DNA from: Planctomycetota bacterium
Lineage (GTDB): Bacteria > Planctomycetota > UBA1135 > UBA2386
Reading direction: 5' to 3'
DNA length: 64,000 nt
NCBI GenBank assembly: GCA_965228735.1
Contig: OZ245838.1
Coordinates: 128,001-192,000, forward strand
Shown here one piece after another: positions 37,782 to 46,546 of this stretch; the first letter of the stretch is position 1; each line of letters starts with the position of its first letter. The notes under the pieces are model-generated. The model did no database searches, had not been told where the DNA came from, and saw only the letters and a program-made list of their open reading frames with translations. Position numbers and translations under genes: made by a program.

Positions 37782-39053
37782 ATGGTGTGCACTTCCGGCA
37801 GCTTCCTCTTCGGCAACCCGAGCTCGCTCGCCGCGGCTCTCGTGTTCACGTTCGTCGGCCTCGCCGGTGCGTGTTCTGCTCAGGCCGAGGGGGACGAGCA
37901 AGAGCAGGGTCAGGAGCCGGTCCTGTCCGACGCGGCGACCGAGACGCCGAGCGACTTCGTGCGGTTCGTCAGCGAGGGGGCGGGCGGCCACCTCGATACG
38001 GCGATCACGACCTACAGCAAGGACGGCGTCGAGGTCGTGTTCTACGGCGCCGTGCACATCGCCGACGAGACGTGCTATCAGGTGCTCAACGATCGGTTCA
38101 TGGCGCACGACGCGCTGCTCTACGAGCTGGTCGCACCGCCGGATCATCGCCCGACGCGCGAGCGCGAGGTCGGGTTCAACCCGATCAGCCTGCTGCAGAT
38201 GGGGCTGAAGAACTCGATGGAACTGTCGTTCCAGCTCGACGTCATCGACTACCAGGCGGAGAACTTCGTGCACGCGGACATGACGCCGCAGGAGTTCCAG
38301 GCCAGCATGGCGGAGCGCGGCGAGAGCCTGCTGAGCATCATGTTCGACATGATGGTCAACGGCATGAAGATGCAGCGCGAGATGGCGGACTCGGGCGAGC
38401 CGATGCCGATGGAGGAGTTCGACCTCGTCACCGCGTTCCGCAACCGCAACGGCCGTCACACGCTGCGCATGGCGCTCGCGTCGCAGCTCGAGCAGATGGA
38501 GGCGCTCGCGGCCGGCGCCAAGCCCGGCGGCAGCACGCTGCTGGAGGGCCGGAACGAGAAGTGCCTCGAGGTGCTGAAGCGCGAGATCGCGCAGGGCCGG
38601 AAGAACCTCGGCATCTACTACGGCGCGGCTCACCTGCCGCACATGGAGCAGCGCCTCGTCGAGGACATGGGCTTCAAGAAGACCGGCCACGAGTGGCTCG
38701 TCGCGTGGGACTGCACGCCGCGACCCGATCCCAAGTTCGACCGGCAGCTCGTCAAGCAGCGCCGCCAGTGCAAGAAGGACATGGCCGAGCTCGCGGCCGC
38801 GATGCGCCGCTACCGCCTGGATGAACGCCCGGAGTCGATCCCGACGGTCGCCGAGCTCGCAGCGGCGCAGAAGGACGGCAAGCCGCGCTACACGGGCCCG
38901 CAGCAGGACCCGTGGGGCAACGACTTCCTGATCGAGAAGCGTCAGTACGGTCGCCGCTGGCAGCTCCGCAGCCTCGGCCAGGACGGCAAGAAGCTCACGG
39001 ACGACGACATCCGCGTCCAGGAACCCCGCGGCGGCGGCCTGAAGATCTTCTAG
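37782..39053 (+). CDS. Lipoprotein-like hypothetical protein with a T2SS-G-like C-terminal module
   Basis: LAGAC lipobox; GAVHIAD..Y, LYELV, HADM, RN, YYGAAHLP (TraB/GumN-like pattern); tail DPWGNDF...LRSLGQDGK..TDDDI. Confidence 0.65.
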   Translation: MVCTSGSFLFGNPSSLAAALVFTFVGLAGACSAQAEGDEQEQGQEPVLSDAATETPSDFVRFVSEGAGGHLDTAITTYSKDGVEVVFYGAVHIADETCYQVLNDRFMAHDALLYELVAPPDHRPTREREVGFNPISLLQMGLKNSMELSFQLDVIDYQAENFVHADMTPQEFQASMAERGESLLSIMFDMMVNGMKMQREMADSGEPMPMEEFDLVTAFRNRNGRHTLRMALASQLEQMEALAAGAKPGGSTLLEGRNEKCLEVLKREIAQGRKNLGIYYGAAHLPHMEQRLVEDMGFKKTGHEWLVAWDCTPRPDPKFDRQLVKQRRQCKKDMAELAAAMRRYRLDERPESIPTVAELAAAQKDGKPRYTGPQQDPWGNDFLIEKRQYGRRWQLRSLGQDGKKLTDDDIRVQEPRGGGLKIF

Positions 39054-39096
39054 ACCCCGAGCGACTGGCGCGACGGGGGTTGCGCAAGCAACCCCG

Positions 39097-40674
39097 CTAC
39101 CAGCCCTTTTGGCGCCCTAGGTCCTGCGGGCGCGCATCGGCGTCGGCGACGTTCCATGCGGTCCAGAACGCGAGGCGCGCGACCGACTCCATCGCCGCGT
39201 AGCCGAGCTTGTCGGCGTGGTCGGTCACCTGGTGGTAGTCCGGGTGCTCGCCGTCGCAGAAGAACACCACGGGGATGCCCTTCTTCGCGAAGTTGTAGTG
39301 GTCGCTGCGCTGGTAGTAGGTGTCGCCGCTCGTGAACTGGATGCCGAACTTGCCGCCGAGCTCGACCGCGTCGCGCACGATCGTCGAGTATTTCTGGTGC
39401 GCGTAGCTCGGTGTGATTCGCATCTGCGGCCGCTCGGGCGTGCCGCCGGCGCGGCCGATCATGTCGATGTTGACGTTGGCGATGATGCGCTTGACGGGCC
39501 AGGTCGGGTTGTCGGCGAAGTGCTCGGAGCCCCAGAGCCCGAGCTCCTCGCCGCTCACCGACAGGAAGATCACCGACCGTGACGGCGCGGGGCCGCCTTT
39601 GGCGAACGCCTCGGCGATCTCGAGCAGCCCCGCGGTGCCGCTCGCGTTGTCGTCGGCGCCGTTGAACACGTCGCCGTCCACGCGTTCGCCGATGTGGTCG
39701 TGATGCGCCGAGATGACGACGGCCTCGGCCTTCTTGTCCGAACCGTCCAGCACGGCGACGACGTTGCTCGCGCTCGTGTCGTCCTCCTCGACCACGATGC
39801 GGAGCGAGCCCTTGCTGGTCTTCTTGCTGTCCGGCTCCTGCGGCTTGCCGTCCTGGTCGAGTGCCGAGCCGATGTGATCGAGCAGCCCGAGGCTGGTCTT
39901 GCGATTTAGAATGAACAGCGGCACCCGCGCCTGCGCTGACCGCCGCCGCGAACTGCCGTACTGAAGCTTGGGGTGGTCCGGCTGCAGCGCGTAACTGTTG
40001 AGCGCGTCGCTGAGCCCGGTCGCATCGTCGAGCAGGCAGACGACGACGGCACTCGCGCCCTTGCGCTGCAGCCGCCGGCTCAGATCGACGAACCGGCCGA
40101 TTGCCTGCAGGCGGTTGCCCGGCGCGTTGCCCGTCACGAGGCCCTGCAGCACGACGACGGGAATGCGACCCTTGAGCTTCGGCATCGCGTCGCCCGTGCC
40201 GTTGCCGCAGTAGGCGAACTTGCCGCGCAGCGCGACCGACTCCTCGTCCGCGGACGGCAGGATCGTGTAGCCCTCGCGCACCTTGGTCCGGCCGAACGAC
40301 AGCTCCGTCTTCTTGCCGATCCGCACGCTCGCCAGCGGATACTCCTGCAGGTAGCCGCGCTTGTCGCCGAGCGGCCGGAGCCCGAGGGCCTTGAAGCGGT
40401 CGGCGACGTATTTCGCCGTCGCGCGCTGCCCCGTGCTGCTCGTGTAGCGGCCGTTGCGTTCGTCGCTCGCGAGCCAGTAGGCGTGCTTGGCGAGATCGTT
40501 GCGATCGATGAGCTGCAGGTGCGGCGGCGCGCCGTCGGGCGGCTTGGCCGGCTCCCCGAGCTGCGGCGGCTCGTCGGGCGCCGGGCTCGCGGTCGTGGCA
40601 CCTCCGTTCTTCTTGTCCTGGGCCGACGCGATGGAGGTCGCGCACATGACGGCGAGCAGCGGCGTGAGTCGCAT
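39097..40674 (-). CDS. M28 family aminopeptidase with PA-like insert
   Basis: SAHHDHIG, NGADDNASG, GEELGLWGS, NIDMIGR, RSDHYNF, DYHQVTD. Confidence 0.93.
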   Translation of the reverse strand: MRLTPLLAVMCATSIASAQDKKNGGATTASPAPDEPPQLGEPAKPPDGAPPHLQLIDRNDLAKHAYWLASDERNGRYTSSTGQRATAKYVADRFKALGLRPLGDKRGYLQEYPLASVRIGKKTELSFGRTKVREGYTILPSADEESVALRGKFAYCGNGTGDAMPKLKGRIPVVVLQGLVTGNAPGNRLQAIGRFVDLSRRLQRKGASAVVVCLLDDATGLSDALNSYALQPDHPKLQYGSSRRRSAQARVPLFILNRKTSLGLLDHIGSALDQDGKPQEPDSKKTSKGSLRIVVEEDDTSASNVVAVLDGSDKKAEAVVISAHHDHIGERVDGDVFNGADDNASGTAGLLEIAEAFAKGGPAPSRSVIFLSVSGEELGLWGSEHFADNPTWPVKRIIANVNIDMIGRAGGTPERPQMRITPSYAHQKYSTIVRDAVELGGKFGIQFTSGDTYYQRSDHYNFAKKGIPVVFFCDGEHPDYHQVTDHADKLGYAAMESVARLAFWTAWNVADADARPQDLGRQKGW

Positions 40675-40684
40675 ACCGGAGATG

Positions 40685-41467
40685 CTAGTCGAGGTGCGGG
40701 GGCGCCGTCTCGTTCGAGCCGCCCTGGGATTCGCCCAGGCTCGGCCCCCGCAACTCGACCGGCCGGCCGCGGGTCCGCAGCCGCAGGTTGAGTGCCTCGA
40801 CCAGCACCGAGAACGCCATCGCGAAGTAGAGGTAGCCCTTCGGGATGTCGAAGTGCAGCGCGGCCGTGATCAGCGTGAATCCGATCAGCAGCAGGAAGCT
40901 CAGGCCGAGCATCTTGACCGTCGGGTGCCGTTCGATGAACGCGCACACGCGCTCCATGAACGCGAGCATCACGCCGATCGCGATCACGATCGCGATGACC
41001 ATGACCGCGAGGTGTTGCGCCACGCCGACCGCCGTGATGATCGAGTCGAGCGAGAACACGGCGTCGAGCACGAGGATCTGCACGACGGCCGCGCCGAACG
41101 TCAGGGAGCCCTGCGCGGATTCGGATTCGCCGGTGCCCTCGAGCTTGTGGTGAATCTCCGTGACCGCCTTCCACATGAGGAACAGGCCACCCGCGCCGAG
41201 GATCAGATCGCGTCCCGTGACCGGGTGTTCGAACACGGTGAACCACGCCGCGGAGAGTCCCATCACCCAGCTGATCGAGAACAGCAGCGCGATGCGCAGC
41301 ACCATCGCGAGCATCAAGCCGATGCGGCGGGCCCGTTGGCGCTGCGACTCCGGCAGCCGGCTCGAGACGATCGACAGGAACAGCAGGTTGTCGATGCCGA
41401 GAACGACCTCGAGCGCGGTCAGGGACAGCAGCGCCAGCCAGGCCTGCGGATCGGTCAGCCACTCCAT
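40685..41467 (-). CDS. TerC family membrane protein
   Basis: LEVVLGIDN, GRDLILGAGGLFL, DAVFSLDSIITAVG, IPKGYLYFAMAFS. Confidence 0.95.
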   Translation of the reverse strand: MEWLTDPQAWLALLSLTALEVVLGIDNLLFLSIVSSRLPESQRQRARRIGLMLAMVLRIALLFSISWVMGLSAAWFTVFEHPVTGRDLILGAGGLFLMWKAVTEIHHKLEGTGESESAQGSLTFGAAVVQILVLDAVFSLDSIITAVGVAQHLAVMVIAIVIAIGVMLAFMERVCAFIERHPTVKMLGLSFLLLIGFTLITAALHFDIPKGYLYFAMAFSVLVEALNLRLRTRGRPVELRGPSLGESQGGSNETAPPHLD

Positions 41468-41605
41468 GGGGCGCCGACGATACGCCTCAGTCGTCCCCGT
41501 CCGGCGCGGAATCGAGTAGCCGCTTCAGCCGGCCCTCGACGTGGTCGACCGCGATCGTCTTGGTCCGCGCGGCACGACCGCGCTGCAGGTGTACGGCCGC
41601 AACGA

Positions 41606-41908
41606 TCACCCACGTTCGAGGTGCACAGTGGGGTCCATCGCCTCGTGCAACACGCGGCGGACTCGCAGTTCGTCGTCGTCAAAGGTGTAGAACACGACAT
41701 GGTGCTCCAGTCGCTTCGACCAGTAGCCTGGCGCCTGCGCGTTCCGGTTCGTGCCCTTCTCGGGTCCCTTCACGAGCTGTTCAATGCCTCGCTCGAGCGC
41801 CGCGGCGTAGCGCTCGGCCTGGACTTCGCCCCAGGTGTCGAACGAGTAGACCCAAATGCCGATCAGATCGGCTTGGGCCGCGCGGTCATGGACAAGCTTC
41901 CTAGGCAT
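41606..41908 (-). CDS. parE: ParE family toxin
   Basis: AQADLIGIWVYSFDTWGEVQAERY, HVVFY, VRRVLHEAMD. Confidence 0.9.
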   Translation of the reverse strand: MPRKLVHDRAAQADLIGIWVYSFDTWGEVQAERYAAALERGIEQLVKGPEKGTNRNAQAPGYWSKRLEHHVVFYTFDDDELRVRRVLHEAMDPTVHLERG

Positions 41909-42161
41909 TCGCAGGCGGGAGTCCCGCTTGTTTGCGAGCTGCCTGCCTGATCTCGTCGAAGTCGAGCGGTCCGGCGTCGCCGCTTTCTGCGCCCGCTTCG
42001 AGTGCTCGCCGCAGAGCTTCCACCTTCTGCTCGTGCTCCTCGAGGAGTCGGAGGCCGGCTCGCACGACCTCGCTCACGTTGGTGTAGCGACCCGCGTCAA
42101 TCTGCGCGTTGCAGAAGCCGTCGAAGTGGTCCCCGAGGGTGATGCTGGTGTTCTTGGCCAT
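41901..42161 (-). CDS. parD: ParD family (RHH) antitoxin
   Basis: MAKNTSITLGDHF, GRYTNVSEVVRAGLRLLE, AGAESG; overlaps the parE start. Confidence 0.92.
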   Translation of the reverse strand: MAKNTSITLGDHFDGFCNAQIDAGRYTNVSEVVRAGLRLLEEHEQKVEALRRALEAGAESGDAGPLDFDEIRQAARKQAGLPPANA

Positions 42162-42180
42162 GGCGGTCACGTGCCGGTCT

Positions 42181-42208
42181 GATACCAAATGATACCACTT
42201 ATCGGTAT
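42181..42208 (-). promoter_or_regulatory. Putative parDE promoter/operator
   Basis: AT-rich patch with GATACCA twice and an ATACC...GGTAT inverted pair, 20-47 nt upstream of parD. Confidence 0.5.
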
Positions 42209-42294
42209 GTGGGGCCAGTCGCCTCAGGCCCTGCTGGCGGTCGCAGGCGCCTGCGCATGGAACCGACTGCCGGGGGCACGAACGGTGTCAGCCG

Positions 42295-43815
42295 TCAGTC
42301 GTCGCCGTCCGGCGCGGAATCGAGCAACCGCTTCAGCCGGCCCTCGTCATGGTCGACCGCGATCGTCTTGGTCTGCGACGGCACTACCGCGCCGGCCGGC
42401 AGGCCCTTCGGCTTCTTCACGAACTTCTTCAAGCAGTAGACGACGTCGATGCGGCGCTGGCCGCGCGCCTTGCTGAAGTGCACGGCCAGCGTCGCGGCGT
42501 CGAGCAGCGACTCGAGGCTCGCGGTCTTCTGTTTGGGCAGGCGAACGACGACGTGCGAGCCCGGGCGGCCGCCGCCGACGTGCAGCCACAGGTCGTTGCC
42601 GTTGGCGACGCGCATCGTGAGCCGGTCGTTCTGCTGGTTGTTGCGGCCGACGAGGATCTGGTAGCCCTCGGCCGAGACGAAGCGGCGGAAGTTCTCGCCG
42701 GGCGGCGTGCTCGGCTTCTTCTTGTCCTTGCCGCCGGGTTTCGGTTGCTTGCTGCGCGGCAACGCGCCGAGTTCGCCGAGCTTCGTGCGTGCCGCATCGA
42801 GCCGCTCGCCGCTGCCCTCCGCGCCGGGCTCGACGGTTTGCAGATCGGCGAGGATCGCGGTGAGGTCCTGCACCTGTGAACCGGCTTCGGCGTGCCGACC
42901 GACGGTGATCGCGCGGCCGTCCTCGAGGCGGCGCGCCTTGTCGTAGAGCGCTTCGGCCTGCGCGTGCACCGGCTTCTTCGGGTCGAGCTCCAGCGTCAGC
43001 GGTTCGCCGGTCTCCGGGTGCGCGACTTCCATTGCCGATGCCCCGCGCTTGACCGAATGGGCGTAGGCCAGCATCAGATCCGCGCGCTGGCGCAGGCTCG
43101 CGGTGTCATCCGCGGCGGCGAGCTGCTTGCCGAGACCCGCGACCTTGGCGCTGGCCTTCTTGAGCGCCCGTTCGGCCGCGCGCAGCAGCTGCTCGTGCTC
43201 GTCGCCGCTGGCGGCGAGGCCGTCCGCCGCCGTGAAGTGCGCGTCGATCGCCGCGAGCACGGGAGCGTCGAAACGCGGTGGTTCCTCCGGCTGCTTGCCG
43301 TCCGCGCGCGCGGGCGGCGTCGTGTAGCGATCGCCGATCCGCAGCGTGCGAACCGCGGTCTCGACCGGCCGCGACAGCGCGACGGCCTTGCCGTCGTCGT
43401 CGAGCAGCGCCCACAGGCCGCGCGCCGAGAACAGTTCGACGACGAGCCGCCGCTCCGCAAACTCGTTCGGGGCCGCGAAGCGGAGCTCGGCGCGCCGTTC
43501 TCCCGCCTTGTGTTCGACGGCGAGCAGCCTGGTGTTCAGGAGCCCCTGCTGCAGCCGGTCGCTGGCGGGGCCCTTGCCGTAGTCCTCACGGCGAAAGCGG
43601 CGCGCCGTCGTGCAGATGCGCGCGCGACTGCTGCCGAGTGCTACGTGCAGGAAGTGCTTGCGCCCTTGCTCGCGCTGCAGCACGAGCAGCAGGTCGTGGT
43701 CCGCCGGCTTGCTCACGACGGTCTGCACGTCGAGCACCGTCGCCGAGCAGAGCGCCTGCAGTTCGTCGACGGCCGCGGCGAGCTCCGTCGCCGTGAGTCC
43801 GCGGCCGGCGGTCAT
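42295..43815 (-). CDS. NFACT / RqcH (FbpA-like) ribosome quality-control protein
   Basis: ERRAELRF, LVVELFS, LELDP...AEALY; NFACT-R ILVGRNNQQNDRL, DLWLH, PGSHV, AVHFSKAR, VKKPKG. Confidence 0.9.
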   Translation of the reverse strand: MTAGRGLTATELAAAVDELQALCSATVLDVQTVVSKPADHDLLLVLQREQGRKHFLHVALGSSRARICTTARRFRREDYGKGPASDRLQQGLLNTRLLAVEHKAGERRAELRFAAPNEFAERRLVVELFSARGLWALLDDDGKAVALSRPVETAVRTLRIGDRYTTPPARADGKQPEEPPRFDAPVLAAIDAHFTAADGLAASGDEHEQLLRAAERALKKASAKVAGLGKQLAAADDTASLRQRADLMLAYAHSVKRGASAMEVAHPETGEPLTLELDPKKPVHAQAEALYDKARRLEDGRAITVGRHAEAGSQVQDLTAILADLQTVEPGAEGSGERLDAARTKLGELGALPRSKQPKPGGKDKKKPSTPPGENFRRFVSAEGYQILVGRNNQQNDRLTMRVANGNDLWLHVGGGRPGSHVVVRLPKQKTASLESLLDAATLAVHFSKARGQRRIDVVYCLKKFVKKPKGLPAGAVVPSQTKTIAVDHDEGRLKRLLDSAPDGDD

Positions 43816-43822
43816 CCTCGAC

Positions 43823-44293
43823 TCAGCCCTTCTTGAGCTCTTCGACCGGGTCGTAGGTCCAGTCGTAGGCCGCGAGCTCGTAGTCGACGATGCCTTCCGG
43901 GAAGAACAGGCCGAGCTCGCGCTCCGCGGCTTCCGGGCTGTCGCTCCCGTGCACGAGGTTGTAGCTGCGGCTGCTGCCGAAGTCGCCGCGGATCGTGCCC
44001 GCATCGGCGTCGGCGCCGAACGTCGCGCCCATGAGCTTGCGGCAGATCGCGATCGCGCCGATGCCCTCGATCGCGAGCGCGACGACGGGCGAGCTCGTCA
44101 TGAAGCGGACGAGACCCGGGTAGAACGGGCGTTCCTTGTGGGCTTCGTAGTGCTTGGCGGCGAGGTCCTGGCTGATCTGCATCAGCTTCATCGCGCAGAT
44201 CTTGAGGCCCTTCTGCTCGAAGCGGGAGAGGATCTGGCCGACGAGTCCACGCTGGACGGCGTCGGGTTTCAGTAGAATCAGAGTGCGTTCCAT
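43823..44293 (-). CDS. ndk: Nucleoside diphosphate kinase
   Basis: MERTLILLKPDAVQRGL, GTIRGDFG, NLVHGSDS. Confidence 0.97.
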   Translation of the reverse strand: MERTLILLKPDAVQRGLVGQILSRFEQKGLKICAMKLMQISQDLAAKHYEAHKERPFYPGLVRFMTSSPVVALAIEGIGAIAICRKLMGATFGADADAGTIRGDFGSSRSYNLVHGSDSPEAAERELGLFFPEGIVDYELAAYDWTYDPVEELKKG

Positions 44294-44333
44294 GGCGTAT
44301 TCCGGGGTCAAACGGGCGAAGATGATACCAACC

Positions 44334-44999
44334 ATGGGCGTCGGTCCTTCACGCAATCTGGGCTCCGGCGGCGGCTCGAGCGCTTGTGCGCGGGTCCGTC
44401 TGACGGCGGGTGCGCTGGTGGCCCTGACCCTGCTCTCGGCCTGCGTTCTCGAGCGCGAGACCACGTTGTCGCGGGCGGCTCGGCAGCGCCGCGTCCAGGC
44501 GTTGCGCGCCGAGCGCGACCGCCAGCAGCGCGAGGTCGACATCCTGACGATGCGCGAGGCCGAGCTCCTCACCGAGATCGACGCCGTGCGCCAGCGGAAC
44601 GTGCTCACCGAGGCCCGCCTGCGCGCGATCCGGGCGGATCTCGAGCACGACCTCGGCCGCCTCGTGATCGCCGAAGACGACCTCGAGGCCGCGAAGAAGC
44701 GCGCGGCGGACATCGAGAAGGAGCTCGTTCCGCTGCGTCGGCTCGAGCAGACGATCAAGGAGCGCGAAGGTCTGATCGCCGCGGCCAAGAAGCGGGCCGA
44801 GCTGCTGCAGGCGGAGCTCACGACGGCCGAGGCCGCGACGAAGAAGCTCCAGGCCGAGCTGCAGCCGAAGATCGACGCGCTGCAGAAGGAGCTCGCGCAG
44901 GCGCAGGCCGTCGACAAGGCGATCAACGACGCGCGCGCCGCGATGAAGGAAGGCGCGAAGCTGATCGCGCCGAAGCCGAAGGAACCGAAGAAGGAGTAG
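44334..44999 (+). CDS. Coiled-coil lipoprotein
   Basis: LLSAC lipobox; long heptad-rich helix; start uncertain. Confidence 0.6.
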   Translation: MGVGPSRNLGSGGGSSACARVRLTAGALVALTLLSACVLERETTLSRAARQRRVQALRAERDRQQREVDILTMREAELLTEIDAVRQRNVLTEARLRAIRADLEHDLGRLVIAEDDLEAAKKRAADIEKELVPLRRLEQTIKEREGLIAAAKKRAELLQAELTTAEAATKKLQAELQPKIDALQKELAQAQAVDKAINDARAAMKEGAKLIAPKPKEPKKE

Positions 45000-45026
45000 G
45001 GGGGCTCGGCCGGCGAGCGCGATTGC

Positions 45027-46454
45027 TCAGCCGTTCGCCGGCAGGTCCGGCCACTCGTGGTGGAAGAACTCGCCTTCGGGCTTGTCGGTCCGTTCGAACG
45101 TGTGGGCGCCGAACAGATCGCGCTGCGCCTGGGTGAGGCTCTGCGGCAGGCGCGCGCGGCGGAACGAGTCGAAGTAGCCGAGGCTGCCGGTCATCGCGAG
45201 CATCGGAATGCCGTTAGCCGTGCCGAGGCCGACGACGCGGCGCCAGTTGCCCTGGTGCTGTTGCAGGAAGCCGCCGAGTTCGGGGTCGAGCAGCAGGTTC
45301 GGCAGCGAACCCTCCTTGCCGTAGGCCGCTTGGATGCTCTTCAGGAAGCGCGCGCGGATGATGCAGCCGCCCTTCCAGATGCGCGCGACCTCGCTGAAAT
45401 CGAGCCCCCAGTTCTTCTCCGCGTCCGCTGCCGCGAGCAGGTCGAGGCCCTGGGCGTAGGAGCAGATCTTGCTGCAGTAAAGCGCGTCGCGGATCGCGTC
45501 GAGCAGACCAGCTTCGGTGACGGTCTCGCGGTCGGGGCCGCGGAGCACCTCGCTCGCACGCACGCGCTCGGCCTTCTGCGACGACAGGATGCGGGCCTCG
45601 ACGGCGGCCTGCATCGTGGGCACGGGAATCCCGTGGCGCAGCGCGATCTCGGCCGTCCACTTGCCCGTGCCCTTCTGACCCGCCTTGTCGAGGATGACCT
45701 CGACCATCGGCTTGCCGGTCTCCGGATCCGTCGCGTGCAGGATCTGCGCGGTGATCTCGATGAGGAACGATTCGAGGAAGCCGTCGTTCCACTCCTGGAA
45801 CGTCTGTGCCATCTGCGCGTGCGACATCCCGAGCACGTTCTGCATCAGGTCGAAGCACTCAGCGATGAGCTGCATGTCGCCGTACTCGATGCCGTTGTGG
45901 ACCATCTTGACGAAGTGGCCGGCCGCGCCCGTGCCGACGTGCGTGACGCACGGGCCGTCCTCGACCTGCGCCGCGATCTTGGTCAGGATCGGCGCGAGCT
46001 CGTCGTAGGCGTCGCGGCTGCCGCCCGGCATCAGGCTCGGGCCGTTGAGCGCGCCCTCCTCGCCGCCGGAGACGCCCATGCCGACGAAGCGGAAGCCCTG
46101 CTCCGCGAGCTCGCGCGAGCGCCGTTCGGTCTCGTCGGGATGCGAGTTGCCCGCGTCGATGATCAGGTCGCCCTCGTCGAGGAACGGCAGGAAAGTGGCG
46201 ATCGTGTCGTCGACGGGTTGGCCCGCCTTGACGAGCAGCAGCAGGCGCCGCGGCCGTTCGAGCGAGTCCGCGACCTCCTGCGGGGTCTTGCACCCGATCA
46301 TCGGGTAGCCGTCCTCGGCGCGCTCGAGCGTGGCCTCGGTCTTGCCGTACGACCGGTTGTAGACCGTGATCGGGAAGCCGTTGCGCGCGATGTTGAGGGC
46401 CAGGTTCTGGCCCATCACGGCCAGGCCGACGACGGCGATCTGCGACTGAGTCAT
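45027..46454 (-). CDS. gnd: 6-phosphogluconate dehydrogenase (decarboxylating)
   Basis: GLAVMGQNLA, GVSGGEEGA, KMVHNGIEY, GQKGTGKW, QAQRDLFGAH. Confidence 0.97.
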   Translation of the reverse strand: MTQSQIAVVGLAVMGQNLALNIARNGFPITVYNRSYGKTEATLERAEDGYPMIGCKTPQEVADSLERPRRLLLLVKAGQPVDDTIATFLPFLDEGDLIIDAGNSHPDETERRSRELAEQGFRFVGMGVSGGEEGALNGPSLMPGGSRDAYDELAPILTKIAAQVEDGPCVTHVGTGAAGHFVKMVHNGIEYGDMQLIAECFDLMQNVLGMSHAQMAQTFQEWNDGFLESFLIEITAQILHATDPETGKPMVEVILDKAGQKGTGKWTAEIALRHGIPVPTMQAAVEARILSSQKAERVRASEVLRGPDRETVTEAGLLDAIRDALYCSKICSYAQGLDLLAAADAEKNWGLDFSEVARIWKGGCIIRARFLKSIQAAYGKEGSLPNLLLDPELGGFLQQHQGNWRRVVGLGTANGIPMLAMTGSLGYFDSFRRARLPQSLTQAQRDLFGAHTFERTDKPEGEFFHHEWPDLPANG

Positions 46455-46546
46455 CGCCCGCAGGATATCGGGCAGCGCTGGTGATTCCCGCGCTCGTTTC
46501 GCCTGCAAACGACCGTGCGAGCAGATGCCGCGCCAGCGACCCGGCG

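Larger units (their letters stand above)
41487..42392. mobile_element. ParDE mini-cassette bounded by a ~97-bp direct repeat of the NFACT gene 3' end
   Basis: 41487-41583 vs 42295-42392 align with about 7 substitutions and one 1-bp deletion; only parDE lies between them. Confidence 0.75.

Noticed and set aside
41487..42392. DGR or IS explanation for the 97-bp repeat
   Set aside because: Differences are mostly synonymous and not A-specific; there is no transposase or terminal inverted repeat, and the repeat is too long for a typical IS target duplication.
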